A DNA stretch of 64,000 nt from the human T2T-CHM13v2.0 reference genome, Homo sapiens (GCF_009914755.1 NC_060942.1); one strand, 5' to 3'. Positions 25,633 to 41,678 are shown, counted from the stretch's first letter. Program-made: numbers and translations. Notes: a model not told the origin generated them from the sequence alone.

Positions 25633-27433
25633 AAGAATTTGCAAACGCAGCCTCAGAGAAATTGGCAGACACAGGGTTTTTTTTGCATTCATCACCTGTA
25701 GGTCAGATTGAACAAAAATAAACACTTGTAAACATACCAAAGGTGAGAGTGTAGGTAACTTGTTATGAATGTGAAGAATAACTAACATATTTGAATGCCA
25801 TTTGGAATTGAAGCCACTGAAAATGTTCTTCAGGATTAAGGGCCATATTTGTTCATGACCTTTATCCCAGAGTTCAAAAGCAATTTAAAATCACTTTATT
25901 GAACAGAGCTGAGATGCAGATTCCACAGACTGAGACAAATGATTGATCACTGTCTGCCATTGAAATAAATGGGAAGATACAGTGTCAAAATGTTTTGCTT
26001 TTCAACTTAATATTCTTAAGTTTAAAGAAAAACACATCGTGAGACAATCAGGATCAAGGGAGACTCTTATCAAAAATGCACAAGTCAATGAAACTGAAAA
26101 TGGTTCATGAAATTTTATTCTTCCTAGTGTCTAATATTAGCAGAAACAGTAAGGACTGTAGAAAACCCAGTGTGTTAATTGATTTTGTCAGCCACTTTCT
26201 AAAACCCTTCTTGAAAACTAAAAATAAGAAAGAGCTTCTCAGTTTTAAATACTGGTAGTACAGTGCAGGAATCAGATTTTATCTTATACTTATCTCTACT
26301 TGAATTTCTAGAATTCAGAGCCCCTGTTCCACCGTGAAATACCGATCACCAATTAACTATTACACTAAGTAATCTATGTTGGAAAAAAATATTTGCTTTC
26401 AGGTCTCTACCTGAAAATATCCATGTTCTTTGTAGGAAGGTAATATATTCTTTATATGGGGTCATGTATGGATTCCTTTCAAGGTAAAGTTTGTAAACAA
26501 ATCACACATTTCTTCCAGATTCAATCCAGCTTATGATGTTCCTATTATCACAGAGTTTAGATGCAGTATACATAAGTAATTAACTTATACAATTTGTTAG
26601 GTAAAGAATGTGCCATTTAGTCACTTGAGGCAATCTCCTTTGTGCTATTGAGCATAAGGACAAAGTCCTAACAAAAAATGCTAACTTGAGCCACAGAAAA
26701 TCAGCATGCAACAGAAGACTTGACAGATTATTCTCATTCTAGATAATATTCAAAGTTATAGCTATGTTATAAATTACACAAGGTGACAAGTTTATTATAT
26801 TATATATTATAAATGTAACTTATTGTGTAAGTTTAACTTATAACTAATATACTAATTGTGTAACTTATAATGTATAAGTAATAACTACTTTGTAAGTTAT
26901 TGCTGTAACTGTGCATAATAAAAAATCTTATACATATATATGAAAAACACATCCAGACCCTTTAGTCTTGAAGACTTGAAGACAAGAAATTGTCAGCAAT
27001 TTCTTGCCAAGTGGGTCAAATTTAAATATACTGGAGATGGTGGATCATAGAGTTAGAAAAAGAAAAAAAAACTAGTAAAACATAGTGATTTTCTGTTTGA
27101 CTATTTTTCTTTGAGATTATTAGCTCCATGTTGGCATATTCTTTTTTTTCTGATAAAATGGGAATGTTCTGTATTATTTCTCTGTGTTGTTTCTGTTGCC
27201 ATTATAAACATATTTTGTTTAATGCCTACTTGCTTCTCATATTTGTCTCAGTGCTATGTCTTCTCGGATACAGAAGCCTTTAGTCAAGTGGTTTACCTTG
27301 ACAGGCACAAAATACAGTGTAGTATTACAATAACTACGATTCACCAAGTTGAAGTTGCCAAGTGACGATTTACATATATTATACCACAGAACTAATTAGT
27401 AGTCTGAATGTTAGCCTGCTCAACCTGTCATTA

Positions 27434-27477
27434 GCAGTTTCATTCTGCCCTGCAGTTTCATTCTGCCCTGCAGTTTC
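27434..27477. repeat. 18-bp tandem repeat, 2.4 copies
   Basis: gcagtttcattctgccct x2 + gcagtttc. Confidence 0.9.
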
Positions 27478-28276
27478 CCAAATTCTTAATGAGTTTCCTA
27501 AGACCTCACTAAGTAGAACTTCACTAAATCTGTCCATCTTCCCTTCTGAAGATAGCCACTAATCGAGAAAAGCATGCATTGCCTTATATTAATCTATTTA
27601 ATTTTACAGGTGAATGAATTAGAAATTGCTACTAGAAAAATAGCAAGCAAAAATTCAAAATAAATTGTAAATTTTTTAGTTATAATTTTTTGGTTGACTT
27701 AGGTCATTTCTACTTAAACAATACGAATAAATTGCTGGATATATGCCCACACAATAGCTTTATTTAAAAAAGCCAAGCTTTCCTTACTATCCTCACTAGT
27801 ACATCTCTTTGGGAATCAGCTTATTTTTGTTACTGAATAATCTAGTTATTCAACAGACCTAGACCCTTTGAAATATTAGATTACCACCCTGGACAGGTAG
27901 AAAATCCGAGTTGGTGCATAAGCATTGTGTAAATAAAATTGCTATCTCTACTAGTGGATTTATGAGAAAGTGACTCAATTTTATTGACAAAATGCATGCT
28001 TTAAATATGATCTCTTCCAACATGCTATTGAGATTGACAATTTCTCAAACAATAATTTCTTCTGATATGCCTTCTAGGTAGTTATTAAGCTATTTATAAT
28101 CAGGTAAGTATAAAATGGAACACAGAAACTTTTCCTGCCTAAATTAATCTTTAATATGAAGATAAAATGCAATACATGATTTTGCTTGCCAACTCTCTTC
28201 ATCCATTTTTGCTAAAATCATATTTTATAACAAAACACATCCAGAGTGTTTTATTTTCTCTTTCACTTGTCTTTAG

Positions 28277-28445
28277 GTTTGATGGAGAAGCTCTCTTTGA
28301 GGCCTTGGGCCAAGCAGCCTTGGCTTTAGTCTTTGTGTTGTGTTCACATCTGCTCCACTTGTCTCCGCACTATCTTTGAACAGCAGCTGGTTGTGTACAC
28401 TATTTTCACGGGGGTTCACAGAAGTGCAATAGAATAGACAGAAAT
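28277..28445 (+). other. Candidate non-coding exon
   Basis: Long pyrimidine tract ttttattttctctttcacttgtctttAG|G and donor AAT|GTGAGT. Stops in all three frames. Confidence 0.35.
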
Positions 28446-30211
28446 GTGAGTAGCTTCTTGAGGACTTGGCTCAGAACTATGAGATTGTAACTGCTTTACC
28501 AATTCCATTGATCAAACAAATCTTAATACTGAACCAAAAATAAATATAATCTGCCCAATATCTTATCCTATAAGATAATATGCTAGGAAGGAGTACATAA
28601 AGAATAACGTGATCTGCCATAGCAAATCTACATATAGAAAACTGAGCTTATTACCCTTTCTTGTACTTGCAAATGACTCTGGATTGTGAAAAATGTAACC
28701 AAAAAATCTTGCACAACTTCACATATTTTATAAAATCTAGGGACATATCTTTGATAGAAAAAAGAGAAATAACAAGCATTGCAATAGAACCTCAGGCTCC
28801 CATGAGACAAAGAGAACCATGATTTAGAATCAAGAATAAGTGATTTTTTAAAATTCCCCATTATCCAAAGAACTGTGAAATACTAGACACATTCCACTGC
28901 AGATAGCATGACTCTTTAACAAATTTGACACTGAAAGAAGTAGTCACAAAAATTGAAAAGGGGCATGTGTTATAATCAATCAAAGAAATACTTGTTATAA
29001 TCAATCCTTTATTTCTTCGTATATCAAAAGATGCATATTCAAAGCAATACAAGCTGTGGGAAAGTATTCGAATATTATGTGAGACATCTGCAAAGACTAA
29101 CCCACGGTCCCTGTAGACAATAAAATAGCAAGTAAGATAACTACTGTGCTTAAGATGCAAGTAATATTACACAGAATGAATATTGTGATTAGTTAGATCT
29201 TGTATCTCCTCTGGAGAAGGATTGAAATGTGTTTTTCATTTGATTGCTTGTTTCCTTGTTGTCGTTGTTAAATGAGTAGTTACATTAGGTGAAGACACAA
29301 TACTGTTATATTTTAGAAGTTTAAATATGGGATGGATTTATAAAGATTGACTAAAGGGTAGACCAGGGCATATAATAATTATTGGGTCACTCAACTGCAG
29401 TTCAACTCCTTTTCTTCTTGCAGTCTAAGTCACCGTTTGTTTTGTGCCTGTGACCTGGCTTCCACAAGCAGGTGCATTGTAAGAAGATTCGGAACACTAA
29501 AGTGAGGCTGAGACAGTGTTTAGTTTTTCCGGAGTGTTGGTAACAGAGAGGTGTGCTTTCTAATTTTGTGGGTGTCTGTGGGCAAATCTAATTTTCGGTG
29601 TGTGTGAAAGGTAGTGGAAGTATTGTGGTCCTTAAGTCAGCTACTTTTTTTCTCTCCGAATTGTAACCAAGACAGTGTCATTCTGAGTCAGCAATTAGAA
29701 TTCCTGGTTCTCCAGTCTCACAATTATAGAAGATCCAGTACTTCCCTCTGGGAACTAATTCTCTGTGTTTTTCTGACAATCATTCTTAGAACCTAAACCT
29801 ACAGTAAGCTACTCTTTAATTCACTATATTTTTCATAAATAAATTATCTTTGTATATTTGTTATTTTTATATAGATGTATTTTTCCTCAAAGTTTAAGAT
29901 CATTTTTATAAACTAGGAGGGTCAATCTATGTATGCTTAAAATATACATAGTGACAAGTCATTGCTGTGATAGAAAGCACAAGTATTTTTTTCATTTTGT
30001 CATTTATCTCTCTACTTTGACTTCTTAAGTAGTTTATCCTGTAGATTTGCTTTATTTGGTTTTGTTTTAAGTCACAGATTTATTGATGACTTCTAGATGT
30101 TGAGTCATGGTTAAAAAGTGGTGGGGCGTAAGGATGGCAAGCAATGTGCTGGTGATGGAAGGGCAGACCTGACTCTCCCGGCTAGTGATTGTTCCTGGAT
30201 TCTTCCAACAG

Positions 30212-30297
30212 CTGCGAGTCCCTTAGGTGTGCTGCTGCTCTAGTACAAATCTTTCTTCTCTCTCCCACCACCATGGCCTTGGATGCTGTGCATGACT
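30212..30297 (+). other. Candidate exon with a strong Kozak ATG
   Basis: Acceptor ttcttccaacAG|, CCACCACCATGG (ATG at 30273), donor ACT|GTGAGT. Confidence 0.3.
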
Positions 30298-33200
30298 GTG
30301 AGTATCAGAACCAGAACCAGACACTGAAGAAGGTTCAGTTGGGAGATGGCACTTCAGAATGATTCACTTGGTTATTTGTTTTTTGGGGGCATCATTTGGG
30401 AAACTGTAAATGAACAGCAGAACTGGATTTCTTTTTCAAAAGCATGTATTACCAGAAAAGATGGTGGATTGGGAATGTGTGTGTGTGTATGTGTATATAT
30501 AAAAACAAATATACATATACACATATTTGCTAAAGAAACATTTATCCATTAATTCCCATGTTTTTCATTGTTTTATCCTCTGTGGAGATACGTTTCACCT
30601 TAGAAACAATGAAATGATAAATTGATCTATTTAGACTTTTCTATTTTACATCAGTTTGGTAAATTTATATTTTAGGTCAGATTTTTATATGCATTTACAT
30701 AGACTTGTGCAAACTTGAAATTTGTTATTTTTTAAAAACTTTCCATGCCCTTTGATTGTTATTTCTCACTTGCTATTTCTTATTTTGCGTGTTTGTGTTT
30801 TCTTCTTGTGTCTCCAGATTAAATCATTGAGAAATATATCCCTTTTACTGCCTTTCCCCTAGGGGCAAGCTTTTTTATTTACATACACGGTTTACTGATT
30901 TTATGCTTTGTAACTCATTAATTACTTTTTTTATCTTTACTTCTTTTTTTACTACTGGCTTCTGACAGCTTTCTTAAACATTGCCTTGCTTCAGATACAT
31001 AATTCATTTATTTTCATTAAAAAGTATTTAAAGCTATTAATCTATAAATCTATATGCACATACACAATGGCATAAATGTTCCAAGCCATTTATTTCTAAG
31101 CATTGCTTTAGCTCTACCCATAGATTCTAATGAGAAATGTTTTCATTATTATTATTTTTTAAACTATGTGACTTGATTTTATTTTTCTAGGGGTCTGAGT
31201 TTTCTGGTTTTTGTTTGTTTGTTTCACACGAAAGTTTTAAAATAAATTTTAAAATAAAATGACCTCTTTCTTCTAAATGTATGTTTTGAGTTTTATTTTT
31301 ATTTTATTGATATAACATTGCAGAAGGCATTTCTAGTTTGGAGGAACATTTGAATTTTTTGGGGGGGGGGGAAATATATAATTCATTCTCATGAACCATC
31401 CTTCATGGCACTTGGAAAGATATATTTTGTTTTATTTTACATTTTAAATTTATTATTATTTGAAAACAATTGAGAATATATAACACAAGTGTAACACAAA
31501 ATTAGAAACACAGAAATATACTTTAATTGGTTAATATAATACCTATAAAATTACTACCCAATACAATGAATAAAACATTGTCAAACAGGCTTTCTATCAG
31601 TCCATGATTATCTCTTAAATTTTTCTAGACATTTTATTTGAAAGAAAATAGTAGAAATATATTGAAATATATAAATTCATATTTCTCTATACTTAGAATT
31701 TTATGTGCAGTCAGATGATGCAAAGTTTTGAGTCAATTCTTTTGAGCACTGGCTTAATTTAAGCTTACCAATTATAATTCAGAGTTAAACCAGGATTACC
31801 AACTATTTAAGATGCAGCCTACCAGGGTCCAAACATCAAGCTCAGTTACCACAGATCCATGTTTGGTGGGCCCTAGATTTCAACTTTAATCCTTTCTAGT
31901 CAAACATTTCAGCTTATAGAGCCTCAGTAATGGAGTTCTTGATACACTTGCACGAACTCTCAAATAAGAGTAGAAAACCTATTTCACAGTAAGTGAAATT
32001 GTGGGCTGGGTTTATGGAAATGGCATTCACTATTTGAAAAATTCCCAGACAAATGAAAATTAAACAATATGCTCCTAAACAACCAATGTGTCAAAGAAGA
32101 AATTAAAAGCACAATTTAAAAAATAACCTGAGACAAGAGAAAATGGCCACACAACATGTGAAAATGTATGGGATGTAGCAAAAGCAGTTCAAAGAGGGAA
32201 GTTTATAACAATAAATGCTTACGTCAAAAAAGAGAACGATAAATAAACAACTTTATATTTTTCCTCAAGAAAATAGGAAAAAAGAAAACAATATTAAGCC
32301 CAAAGTTAGTTAAATGAAAGAAATAACAAAGATCAGAACAGAAATAAATGAAGTAGACACTAGAGAAACAATAGAAAAAATTAAAAAAACTAAGAATTTT
32401 TTAAAAGATAAAATTAACAAACATTTAGCTAGACTAAGAAAAAGATGGTGCAGGCTCAAATAAATAAAATCAGAATTGAAAGAGAAGACATTACAGCTGA
32501 TATCGAAGAAATACAAAGAAGCATAAGAGACTATTATGATTAATTATATATTAACAAATAGGATACACTAGAATATATAAATTACTATACACATACAATC
32601 TGACTGAATCATGAAAAATGGAGAATATGAACAGACCAGTAATGAGCAAGAAGATTGAATCAATAATAAAACGTCCCCCATCAAACAAAAGTTCAGGTTA
32701 CTGATAGCTTCAGTGCTGCTTCCAAACATTTAAAGAACTGATTCTTCTCAAACTGTCTCAGAAAACTGAAAAGAGGAAATACTTCCAAACTCCCACATCA
32801 CCCTGATACCAAAGCCACACAACGACACTACAAGAAAGGAAAATTACAGGCTAATAACTCTGATGAACATAGATGCAAAAATCCTCAACAAAATACTAGT
32901 GAACTGAATTCAACAGCACATTAAAAGAATCATCAAACATTATCTAGTGTGATTTATTTCCAAGATGCAAGGGGAGTATAACATATGCAAACCAAAAAAT
33001 GTGCTATACCACATCAATGGAGTGAAGGACAATCAATACCACGATTATCTCAATAGATGCAGAAAAAGCATTTGACAACATTCAACATTATTTCATGATA
33101 AAAACTTTCAACACATCAGGTATAGAAGGAATATAGATATAGAAGGAATATCAATAAAATAAAGGATATAAATGACAAACCCACATAATATGCAATGGAG

Positions 33201-33350
33201 AAAAGTTGAAAGCTTTTTCCTTAAGATCAGGAACAAGAAAAGGATGCCCACTCTCATCAATTCTATTCAATGTAGTACTGAAAGTCCTAGCCAGAGCAGT
33301 AAGGCAAGAGAACAAAATAATTTAAATTGTTCTTGTTTGCAGATGATATG

Positions 33351-33356
<6 letters not shown>

Positions 33357-33404
<48 letters not shown>
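33357..33404. repeat. (TA)n microsatellite inside L1
   Basis: Pure TA run immediately after the FADDMI codons. Confidence 0.95.
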
Positions 33405-33408
<4 letters not shown>

Positions 33409-35390
33409 TTCACCAAAAACTTTTAGAACTAATAAGCAAATTTAGTAAAGTTTCTGGATACCAAGACAACTTACAAAAATTAGTAGGGTTTCTATTTACT
33501 AACAATGAACTAAGCCAAAAAGAAATCAATAAATAATCCCACTGTCAATAGCTATGAAAATTAAAATATTTAGAAATAAATTTAACAAAAGAGGAACAAA
33601 ACCCATACACTGAAAACCATAAAACATTGGTAAAAATGAAGACATAAATTTTAAAATATTCATGTTCATGGACTGAATGTATTAATATTGGTAAAGTGTC
33701 CATACTACTCAAAGAAATCTATAGGTTCAATGCAAGTCCTATCAAAATTCCAATGACTTTTTTTTCACAAAAACAGAAAAAAAAATATGAAATTTGCATG
33801 CAACCACTAAATGTCCCAAATGGAACAAGCAATCATGAGAAAAAAAAAGCTGCAGGCATCAAACTATTGACTTCAAAGTATACTTAAGCTATAGTAATTA
33901 AAATATTTTTCTGTCTCAGATAAAAAGAGACACATAGATTAATAGAATGGAATTGAGAGCCTAGATATAAATTCACACACTTATAGTCAATTGATTTTGT
34001 CAAATATGCCAATGACACATGATGGGGAAAGGCCAATCTTCAATAAATAGTGTTGAGATAATTGGATATCCACAGACAGAAGAATAAAATTAGGTCCTAA
34101 TCTTTTACCATCTATAAAAATCAACTCAAAATGTATTAAACACTTAAACATAAGTTCTGAAACTGTAAACTTACTAAAAGAAAACAGAAAAAAAGCCTTC
34201 ATAACGCTGGTCTGGGCAACAATTTTTTGGATATGTCCCCAAAAGCACACACAACAAAAGCAAAAACAAACAAATGGGATTATGTCAAATCAAAAAAAAA
34301 AAAAAAAAAGCTTCTGAGCAGCCAATGAAACAATCGACAGCGTGAAAAGACAACCTATAGAATGTAAGAATAATATTTGCAAACCAAACATCTCATAAAG
34401 GATTAAATCAAAAATATGTAGGTAACTCAACTCAATACGACAATACCAACCCCATTAAAAAAAGAGCAAAGGACCTTAATAGACTTTTCTCAAAAAAAGA
34501 CATAAAAATGGCCAGCAGACATGAGAGAAATGTTCAAAATCACTAATCATCAGAGAAATGCAAATTAAAACCACAATAAAATATCACCTCAAACCTGTTA
34601 GAATGTCTATTATTAAAAACATGAAAGTACAATAAAATACTTGATGAGGATACGGAGGAAATAGGACCCTTATGCACTGCTGGTGGGATTCTAAATTAAT
34701 ACAGGCATTGTGCAAAATAGAATGGAGGCTCCTCATATAACAGAAGTAGAAATATTGTATGATCCAGCAAATTCACTACTGGGTACACATACAAAGGAAA
34801 TGAAATCAGTGTGTTGAAGAGATAGTTGCGCTCCCATGTTCATTGTAGTATTAGTCACAGTAGCCAAGATGGGTAATCAACCTAAGTACCTATTAACAAA
34901 TGAATGGATAAATAAAATGTAACATATATACACAATGGAATACTATTCAGCCATAAAAATGTCATCCTGCCATTTGTGACATCATGGGTAAATCTGGTAG
35001 GTATTAAATAAAATAAGCCATGAAAAGAAAGACAAATATTGCAGAATCTTACTTACATGTGAAATCCAAAAAATGTGAGCTCATAGAGGTAGAGAGCAGA
35101 ATGGTGTTTACCAGGGGCTCAGAGGTGGGAGGCACAATCGGAAACATATTAGTCAAAGGATACACAATTTCAGTTACAGGAGGAATAAGTTTATGAGATC
35201 TATTTTACAACATGGTGAATATACTTAATAACAATATGTTATATTCTTGGTAATTGTTGAGAGCAGATTTTAAGTGTTCCCAACATCAAAGTACGATAAG
35301 TATGTGTGAATTGATGCATGTTTATTAGCTCAATTTAGCAATTCTACAATCTAAACATATTTCAAAACATTATTTTGTATACAATAAATA

Positions 35391-35470
35391 TTGGGTTGGC
35401 ACAAAAGTAATTGCGGTTTTTGCCTTTACTTCCAACGGCAGAAACCGCAATTACTCTTGTGTCAACCTAA
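35391..35470 (+). mobile_element. MADE1 (Hsmar1-derived MITE; miR-548-type hairpin)
   Basis: 80-bp palindrome ttgggttggcacaaaagtaattgcggtttttgcc...ggcagaaaccgcaattactcttgtgtcaacctaa with TA TSDs, inserted in the L1MA tail. Confidence 0.95.
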
Positions 35471-35752
35471 TATATACACTATTTTTCAATTTAAAAAAGA
35501 CATAAAACCATAGTGGTGAAACATTGGACAATTTGTGCAAAAACAGATATATAGACCATGAAAGAACATATCTTCTTTAGTTTTGATCCAGCTTTTAGAA
35601 ATAAACTTTGCTTTGTGATAGAAAAGTAACTCTTGGAAGAACTCAATAAATGAATTAATTCAATTCTTAAACCCAACACAAAATCTCTGCAGGTGGAGGC
35701 TGCGAACTAAATGCGCTCATCACAGCTGATTGAAAAATTCTTTCTTCCATAG

Positions 35753-35913
35753 ATATCATGGCTGCCGCAATTCTTCCGTTGAAATGTCAATGCATGGATC
35801 TACTTCACAGAAATTCAGAGAGAAGCTCCTGCAAGATTCCAGTGGGGCAGTCTCTCTAAGGGGAACTCAGAAAAGGGAGGTTATTGAGAAAATGACAACT
35901 TCCCGTGGCAACG
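35753..35913 (+). other. Candidate exon or CpG-retaining regulatory patch
   Basis: Acceptor ttctttcttccatAG| and donor ACG|GTTAGT. One frame is open throughout. X-box-like cttcccgtggcaac at 35899-35912. Confidence 0.3.
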
Positions 35914-37918
35914 GTTAGTCTTGGAGCTCAACTGGTACACTCATACTCTCCCTCCTCCACTTTTCATTTTAAGTCTCCCTTTTTCATTGCCATTCTCTTA
36001 GCTGAAGTTGGTCTTGGAAGTGCAATTTATACTCATCAGTTCAGTGTTTGGCTACTGCAACTAGATTCTCTGGAGAACACAGCTATCCCAAAAGATGCAA
36101 GTCTTAACAGCACACTAAGCCCTCTCTTCTCCTTCCTCTGCTCTCCTATTCTTTTTGCATAATGTTGCTATCATTTCTTTTTTTGGTTCTTGTTTATCTT
36201 TATGGAATAACTAAATTTACTATTATCGATTAATTAATCATTTGTTTAACTCTACATGCATCATTTCATTCTTGAGCATTACAACTGTTTTTATGGGACT
36301 GCTTCATTAAAGAATGTTTTCAGATAATCTTTTCATAAACCTTCTAAATCATCATATGAGTAAGAAATTCTTTACCATTTTCTTTTATTTAAATATTATA
36401 ATAATTGCTAAAAAATGATTGATTTGATTTTCATTAATACTTTGAAAGTAGATTTCATTGTTCCCTCATATCCAGTGGAAAATCTGTTATTCATCTCTCT
36501 TCTTTGTGTATTGATTTTTATTCCTAAGTCTTGAATTTTCTCATTCTCATTATCACAAATGTTCTTAAATTTTTATCATATTTCTAGATGTTTCCTGCTC
36601 TTCTGTTTGGCATTCAGTCTCTCATCTTTTATCATTTCCAGTTAGTTTCTTTTATAGGTTTCATAACCTTGTTAAAGTTTCCAATATTATCTTTTTAATT
36701 TACAACTCTATGAGGATATTTTTTATCTTCATGATAAATCATTAGTTTCTTTTTCTGCTTCATCTGTTTGTTTCTTCTTTTCTATAGCAGCTATTTCCCT
36801 ATGTCTTTTTTTTTCTATCTCTTTATAGTGCTTACTCCCTAATAGCATCAGCTATGAGGCTAACATTTTGAGATTAGATGGGTGACTCGTGTACTTTCAG
36901 ATGGAGATGGCAGGTCTTGGATTCATACAGTATCCTGTTTATCCCTAGCAATGAGGCATCATTGTCCCTTTGGAAATATTTTTGTTTTCTTTTCCTTTGG
37001 GTACTACTATAAGAATCCCTTCTTAACTCACTTTCACTCTGAAGTGAAGGAAAAATTGTCATGAAAAGGTTAAGAAAAAGATTCTCAGGGGACAGAAGCT
37101 CACTTACTCTTGCTTTATCTGCTCTGAGCCTGGAGTCTTCTTCTCTGACTAGAGATGAAGAAAGGTCAGAAAATGACCTGCAAAGACCAAGATATGTAAG
37201 AGAGAGAGAGAAAAAAAAAGAGAAAACAAACTAATTATGAGAAAAAATCTTCCACAACCAATCCTTTTCCAGAATTAAGTCTTCTAATCAAAATGATGAT
37301 ATCTGCCGTGTCTGGAGTCTCTCATAGGTTGAGGTTTATTCCTCAGATATCTAAAGCTCTCTTTCCCATCTGAAGTATCTTAAGAGTTGCAATTCTGGAA
37401 AGAGCTGAATATTGTCAAGACTATTATTTTAAATGTTTATTACTTTAAATTCCTCAATTTATATAACCGAGTTGATATTAGTTTCTTCTGTTCTGATGAC
37501 AGTAGCATCACTGTTTCATCTGTGGGGATAAATAAATAAATATTTTAACAACAGGAATGAGCAATCATCTCTGCACAATTCTTCCATCAAAGAATACTGA
37601 AATTAAAAGCTGACCACAAGAGAATACATTATTTCCTTTAATTCAAAGCCAGTTGATACCCTATTCTACGTCCCTTTTGCAAAGCACACGTGAGATTTAT
37701 GGCATTTATTTTCCCCAGTGCACAGAATACTAATTAGCTTACTATTGAATCTACATATTTGTTTCAGTGGATTCACAATGTCAGCTTATTAGATAAAATG
37801 ATTATTACTATATATAAATACATATGTATTAATTATTTTGAGTAAAAATTAATTAATTTAAATTAGTAAATCAAAACAAGTAAAAGCCACAATTTTTGAA
37901 TTATGAAATAGCCAATTT

Positions 37919-37959
37919 AATCTTTACTGGACCTACAAATCTTTACTGGACCTACAAAT
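37919..37959. repeat. 19-bp tandem duplication
   Basis: aatctttactggacctaca x2 + aat. Confidence 0.9.
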
Positions 37960-39474
37960 TAATTCTGATGCATTTTTGCTCCTTAAATAATACTGGTTAT
38001 ATTGTCTTTCTAGTGATCATTACAGCGAATAGTTCCTGATGACTACAGTTCTAAAATCAGAGTGGAGTAAGACATGTATAATTAGAGTAAAAGTCAATGT
38101 AGCATCCCTTTCTTCCCTTTTTTTTGAGATGTGTTATTATGAATATCCACAGTAGAAAGGCATTCACATGAAATATTGAAGCCAAAGATAATGAAGTTAA
38201 TGTATTTTCTTCCCTATAATAAATCTATAGCTTGTACATATAAAAACTGAAATTCTTGATTTATTCTGCGTGACAAATGAAAACATTTACACTTGGAATT
38301 GCTGTTAGCGCAGTTAAAAAGAAGTGCACTAAAAGTGAAGAAAAATAAATCTACTAGGCCCCGTGTTTAGAAATAGTAAAATCTCCAATAAAATATATTA
38401 TAATAAAGAAAATACTCGAATAGTAAATTAGTAGTATGAGAATAGCATTCATAATTCAACAAATTTTAAATGATAATCTAGATACTCTGAAGGGAAATTA
38501 AGAGTAAAGGTTGAAATTGTATCCTTAATTCACTTTCCTCTTCCTCAGTTATTTTTTGTAAGATAATATTTTCTACTTTATTTTCTACTGTATATTGGTA
38601 TTATGGGTTTATATCCAATGACAAAAATATTTGAAATTATTATGCATGCTTTTACAACAAACTTTGGGAAGTAAAATTTGAATAAAGTAATCTTTTCGGT
38701 ACTGAATGGAGAAAATTATACTATTCTGAGGTAGTAACACTTATGTCACACTGTAAAGGAATATGATGTTTGGGCATACGAGGATCATGCTGCAAATCTT
38801 CATCATTACTATCATGTGCTTGTGATGAGCTATTAGGTACTAACTGAATCTCAAGACTACTGTAGTGTTGCCTTGAGAATCTAATTAAGCAGCAGACCAC
38901 AGTTCTCAGGTTGCCAAAGGAGATTCTAAAATTGAATAGGAATGCCTTTACAGCTCTGCTCAGAGGATAATATGCTATTGTGCACATATATTCAGAAGGT
39001 TACTGGGTTGGAGTGGGGATGTATCTGAAGCCTGTATTTTCCTACCCTTAGCCCTCTGTGCTATAGTAGACTTTTCATTTTTGTTTCTGAGTGTCATCCT
39101 TTCCTTTAGACAACTTCCCCTCTTCCACTCTGTTATTGTATGAGATACAAACATCCAATATTACGCTAATAACTCCAGGGTTAGAATCTAAAAAGATCCT
39201 CAATCCTTGGGATTCAACTATTGAACACATACTTAAATGTAAAGAAGTTGTATTGGAATTATTATGCAAAACCCTCTTGGTAATTTTGCTTTTGTCTTTT
39301 GAGATTCTTGGAGCTACTTGTGCTATCTCTTTCTCTGTGATGATTTGGTGGGGTCCATTTTTTATAAATGAATTTAATTAACCAAAGGAAATATAGAAAA
39401 AAAATCCTTTTATTTGTTTAATGTCACCCAAAATTAACTGATTTTGATCACTATGAAAAATAAAATAAATGTGT

Positions 39475-41678
<2,204 letters not shown>

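Larger units (their letters stand above)
32050..35498 (+). mobile_element. L1MA4-6-like, 5'-truncated (ORF2 + 3'UTR)
   Basis: Decayed ORF2 (FADDMI at ~33336). 3'UTR gtcaaaggatacacaatttcagtta...ggaggaataagtt...gagatctatt. Confidence 0.9.

Noticed and set aside
26983-27006. 10-bp perfect stem caagaaattg-tcag-caatttcttg
   Set aside because: Short and AT-rich; expected by chance in 64 kb.
28255-28345. Minus-strand Lys/Ala-rich peptide TKTKAKAAWPKASKRASP, histone H1-like
   Set aside because: Too short, with no globular domain, polyA or TSD; not supportable as a processed pseudogene.
29370-29800. Possible old ERVL LTR (LTR40/41-like); also L1ME/HAL1-like debris at 14.8-16 kb, 30.5-32 kb and 36-37 kb
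   Set aside because: Too diverged to assign a family or boundaries by eye.
10913-37959. Several 17-32-bp tandem duplications as a possible CRISPR-like or array system
   Set aside because: Unrelated two-copy duplications without spacers; ordinary slippage in a eukaryotic genome.
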